Assembly (NCBI GenBank): GCA_036269255.1 | Contig: DATASI010000121.1 | Coordinates: forward strand, 7,875-71,874 | Direction of reading: 5' to 3' | DNA from: Candidatus Dormiibacterota bacterium | GTDB taxonomy: Bacteria > Chloroflexota > Dormibacteria > CF-121 | Length of the DNA: 64,000 bases | In this document: positions 63,213 through 64,000 of the stretch, in pieces | Position numbering within the stretch: the stretch's first letter is position 1 | Layout of the letters: each line of letters begins with the position of its first letter | Notes under the pieces: generated by a model | The model's input: only the letters and a program-made list of their open reading frames with translations | The model's database searches: none | Told to the model about the DNA's origin: nothing | Position numbers and translations under genes: made by a program

Positions 63213-63630
63213 GCAGGGTCGGCGTCGGGATCGGCAGCGTCGGCGTCGGGATCGGCAGCGTCGGCGTCGGGACCGGCAGCGTCGGCGTCGGGATCGGCAG
63301 CGTCGGCGTCGGGATCACGCCACTGCTCGTAGGGCTGGGTGATGGCCGGCCCGATTGCGACCCCGATGGGGAACTGCTGGGACCCGGCGACGCCGACGGC
63401 TTCGCCATCCGGGCCGCCTGGTCGTTACTTGCGTCGGTGATCACGGCGGCGGTCAGCGGGCTCTGGGGCAGACCATCGGTGCTGTAGTCGGCGACCGTCG
63501 CACCCGGGAGGCTGATGCCGAGCCGACGAACGTCTGGCGACAAGCCTCCGACCAGGGCGGACAGCCAGAAGAGCGCGACGACCCCGACCGCAAAGCCGGC
63601 CCATCGCGCGCGGCGGGTCCTGGTGGTCAC
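63151..63630 (-). CDS. Membrane-anchored protein with a Ser/Pro-rich region and a (PTPTLPI)n tandem-repeat tail
   Basis: N-terminal TM helix (FAVGVVALFWLSALVGGL), then an S/P-rich linker, then 5 heptad PT repeats. The 3' end overlaps the transposase 3' end by about 60 bp. Confidence 0.5.
   Translation of the reverse strand: MTTRTRRARWAGFAVGVVALFWLSALVGGLSPDVRRLGISLPGATVADYSTDGLPQSPLTAAVITDASNDQAARMAKPSASPGPSSSPSGSQSGRPSPSPTSSGVIPTPTLPIPTPTLPVPTPTLPIPTPTLPIPTPTLPTPPLTPAIPALSPSIPSLP
63212..63316. repeat. Five tandem copies of a 21-bp repeat GGCAGCGTCGGCGTCGGGATC
   Basis: Exact 21-nt periodicity with 1-2 variant positions. On the - strand it encodes (PTPTLPI)5. Confidence 0.9.
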
Positions 63631-64000
63631 GCGGCCTCGTCCAGGCGGATGTCGGCAGCGTGTGGTGCCGGTCTTTTGCCCATCTCCTCGAGCTTCGCGA
63701 GGATCAGCGGCTCCGTCTTGACGAACGCGGCGACCACCGCCGGGTCGAATTGCCGACCGGATTCGCTCGCAATCGTTTTGGCGGCGAACCCGAAGGAGAA
63801 GCCCTTGCGGTAGGGGCGGTCCGACGTCATCGCGTCGAACGCATCGGCGACGGCGACGATCCGAGCCGGCGCGGGGTTTTCCTCCGCGGTGAGCCCGTCA
63901 GGATAGCCCTCACCGTCCCATCGCTCGTGATGGTGCCTGATGCCGGCGAGGCTCGCCTGCAAGAAGGGGACGTCTTTGAGCATGTCGTAGCCGATGATCG
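63627..64000 (-). CDS. HD-GYP domain phosphodiesterase, C-terminal portion; the gene continues beyond the window end
   Basis: HHERWDGEGYPDGL is the HD-GYP signature. The upstream part of the gene lies outside the window. Confidence 0.7.
   Translation of the reverse strand, partial: IIGYDMLKDVPFLQASLAGIRHHHERWDGEGYPDGLTAEENPAPARIVAVADAFDAMTSDRPYRKGFSFGFAAKTIASESGRQFDPAVVAAFVKTEPLILAKLEEMGKRPAPHAADIRLDEAA

Noticed and set aside
1-64000. Search for CRISPR arrays, rRNA genes and additional tRNAs
   Set aside because: No regularly spaced direct repeats with unique spacers were seen. No 16S/23S/5S-like conserved stretches were found. Only the single tRNA-Gly cloverleaf at 46444-46515 was found by eye. 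Other tRNAs cannot be excluded without a covariance-model search such as tRNAscan-SE.

Overview
64 kb of a ~70 % GC chromosome, densely packed with about 65 protein-coding genes, one tRNA and one IS element. No rRNA genes or CRISPR arrays were seen. The gene content reads as actinobacterial-like, or at least a high-GC terrestrial lineage: a PMT-type protein O-mannosyltransferase, a PIG-V-like mannosyltransferase, two glutamine synthetases, ppk1 with NUDIX and histidine-phosphatase neighbours, and a pst/phoU operon flanked by SenX3/RegX3-like two-component genes. Along the window: (1) a TetR-regulated ABC exporter and an fpg gene; (2) a nitrogen block with a type I GS, a GS-like paralog and an ACT-domain protein; (3) an ABC-F ATPase, MgtC and two tandem crotonases; (4) an Rrf2-ThiF-ThiF-MTAP operon with overlapping start/stop codons; (5) an envelope-glycosylation cluster (epimerase, Pmt, large membrane proteins, holin-like protein, PIG-V-like mannosyltransferase, IMPase); (6) an alpha-glucan cluster (GT4, GH57, DUF488, receiver domain, membrane protein and a 1220-aa GH57-GT5 fusion); (7) a peptide-type ABC transporter split over convergent strands; (8) an MFS transporter, an amidohydrolase, a GalT-like gene and an NDP-sugar pyrophosphorylase fused to a phosphohexomutase-like domain that looks degenerate; (9) tRNA-Gly(CCC) followed by a lower-GC islet; (10) a polyphosphate module (ppk1, CYTH-CHAD, NUDIX, SixA); (11) an orphan pstB, a SenX3-like kinase, pstSCAB-phoU and an OmpR-type regulator; (12) a NarL-type two-component system; (13) an IS256-family transposase abutting a 21-bp tandem repeat that encodes a (PTPTLPI)n tail in a membrane-anchored protein; and (14) a partial HD-GYP gene at the window edge. 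Many long ORFs antisense to real genes are GC-composition artefacts and were discarded. Several genes show conserved N-terminal homology upstream of any canonical ATG/GTG/TTG start, which points to CTG initiation or indel errors.
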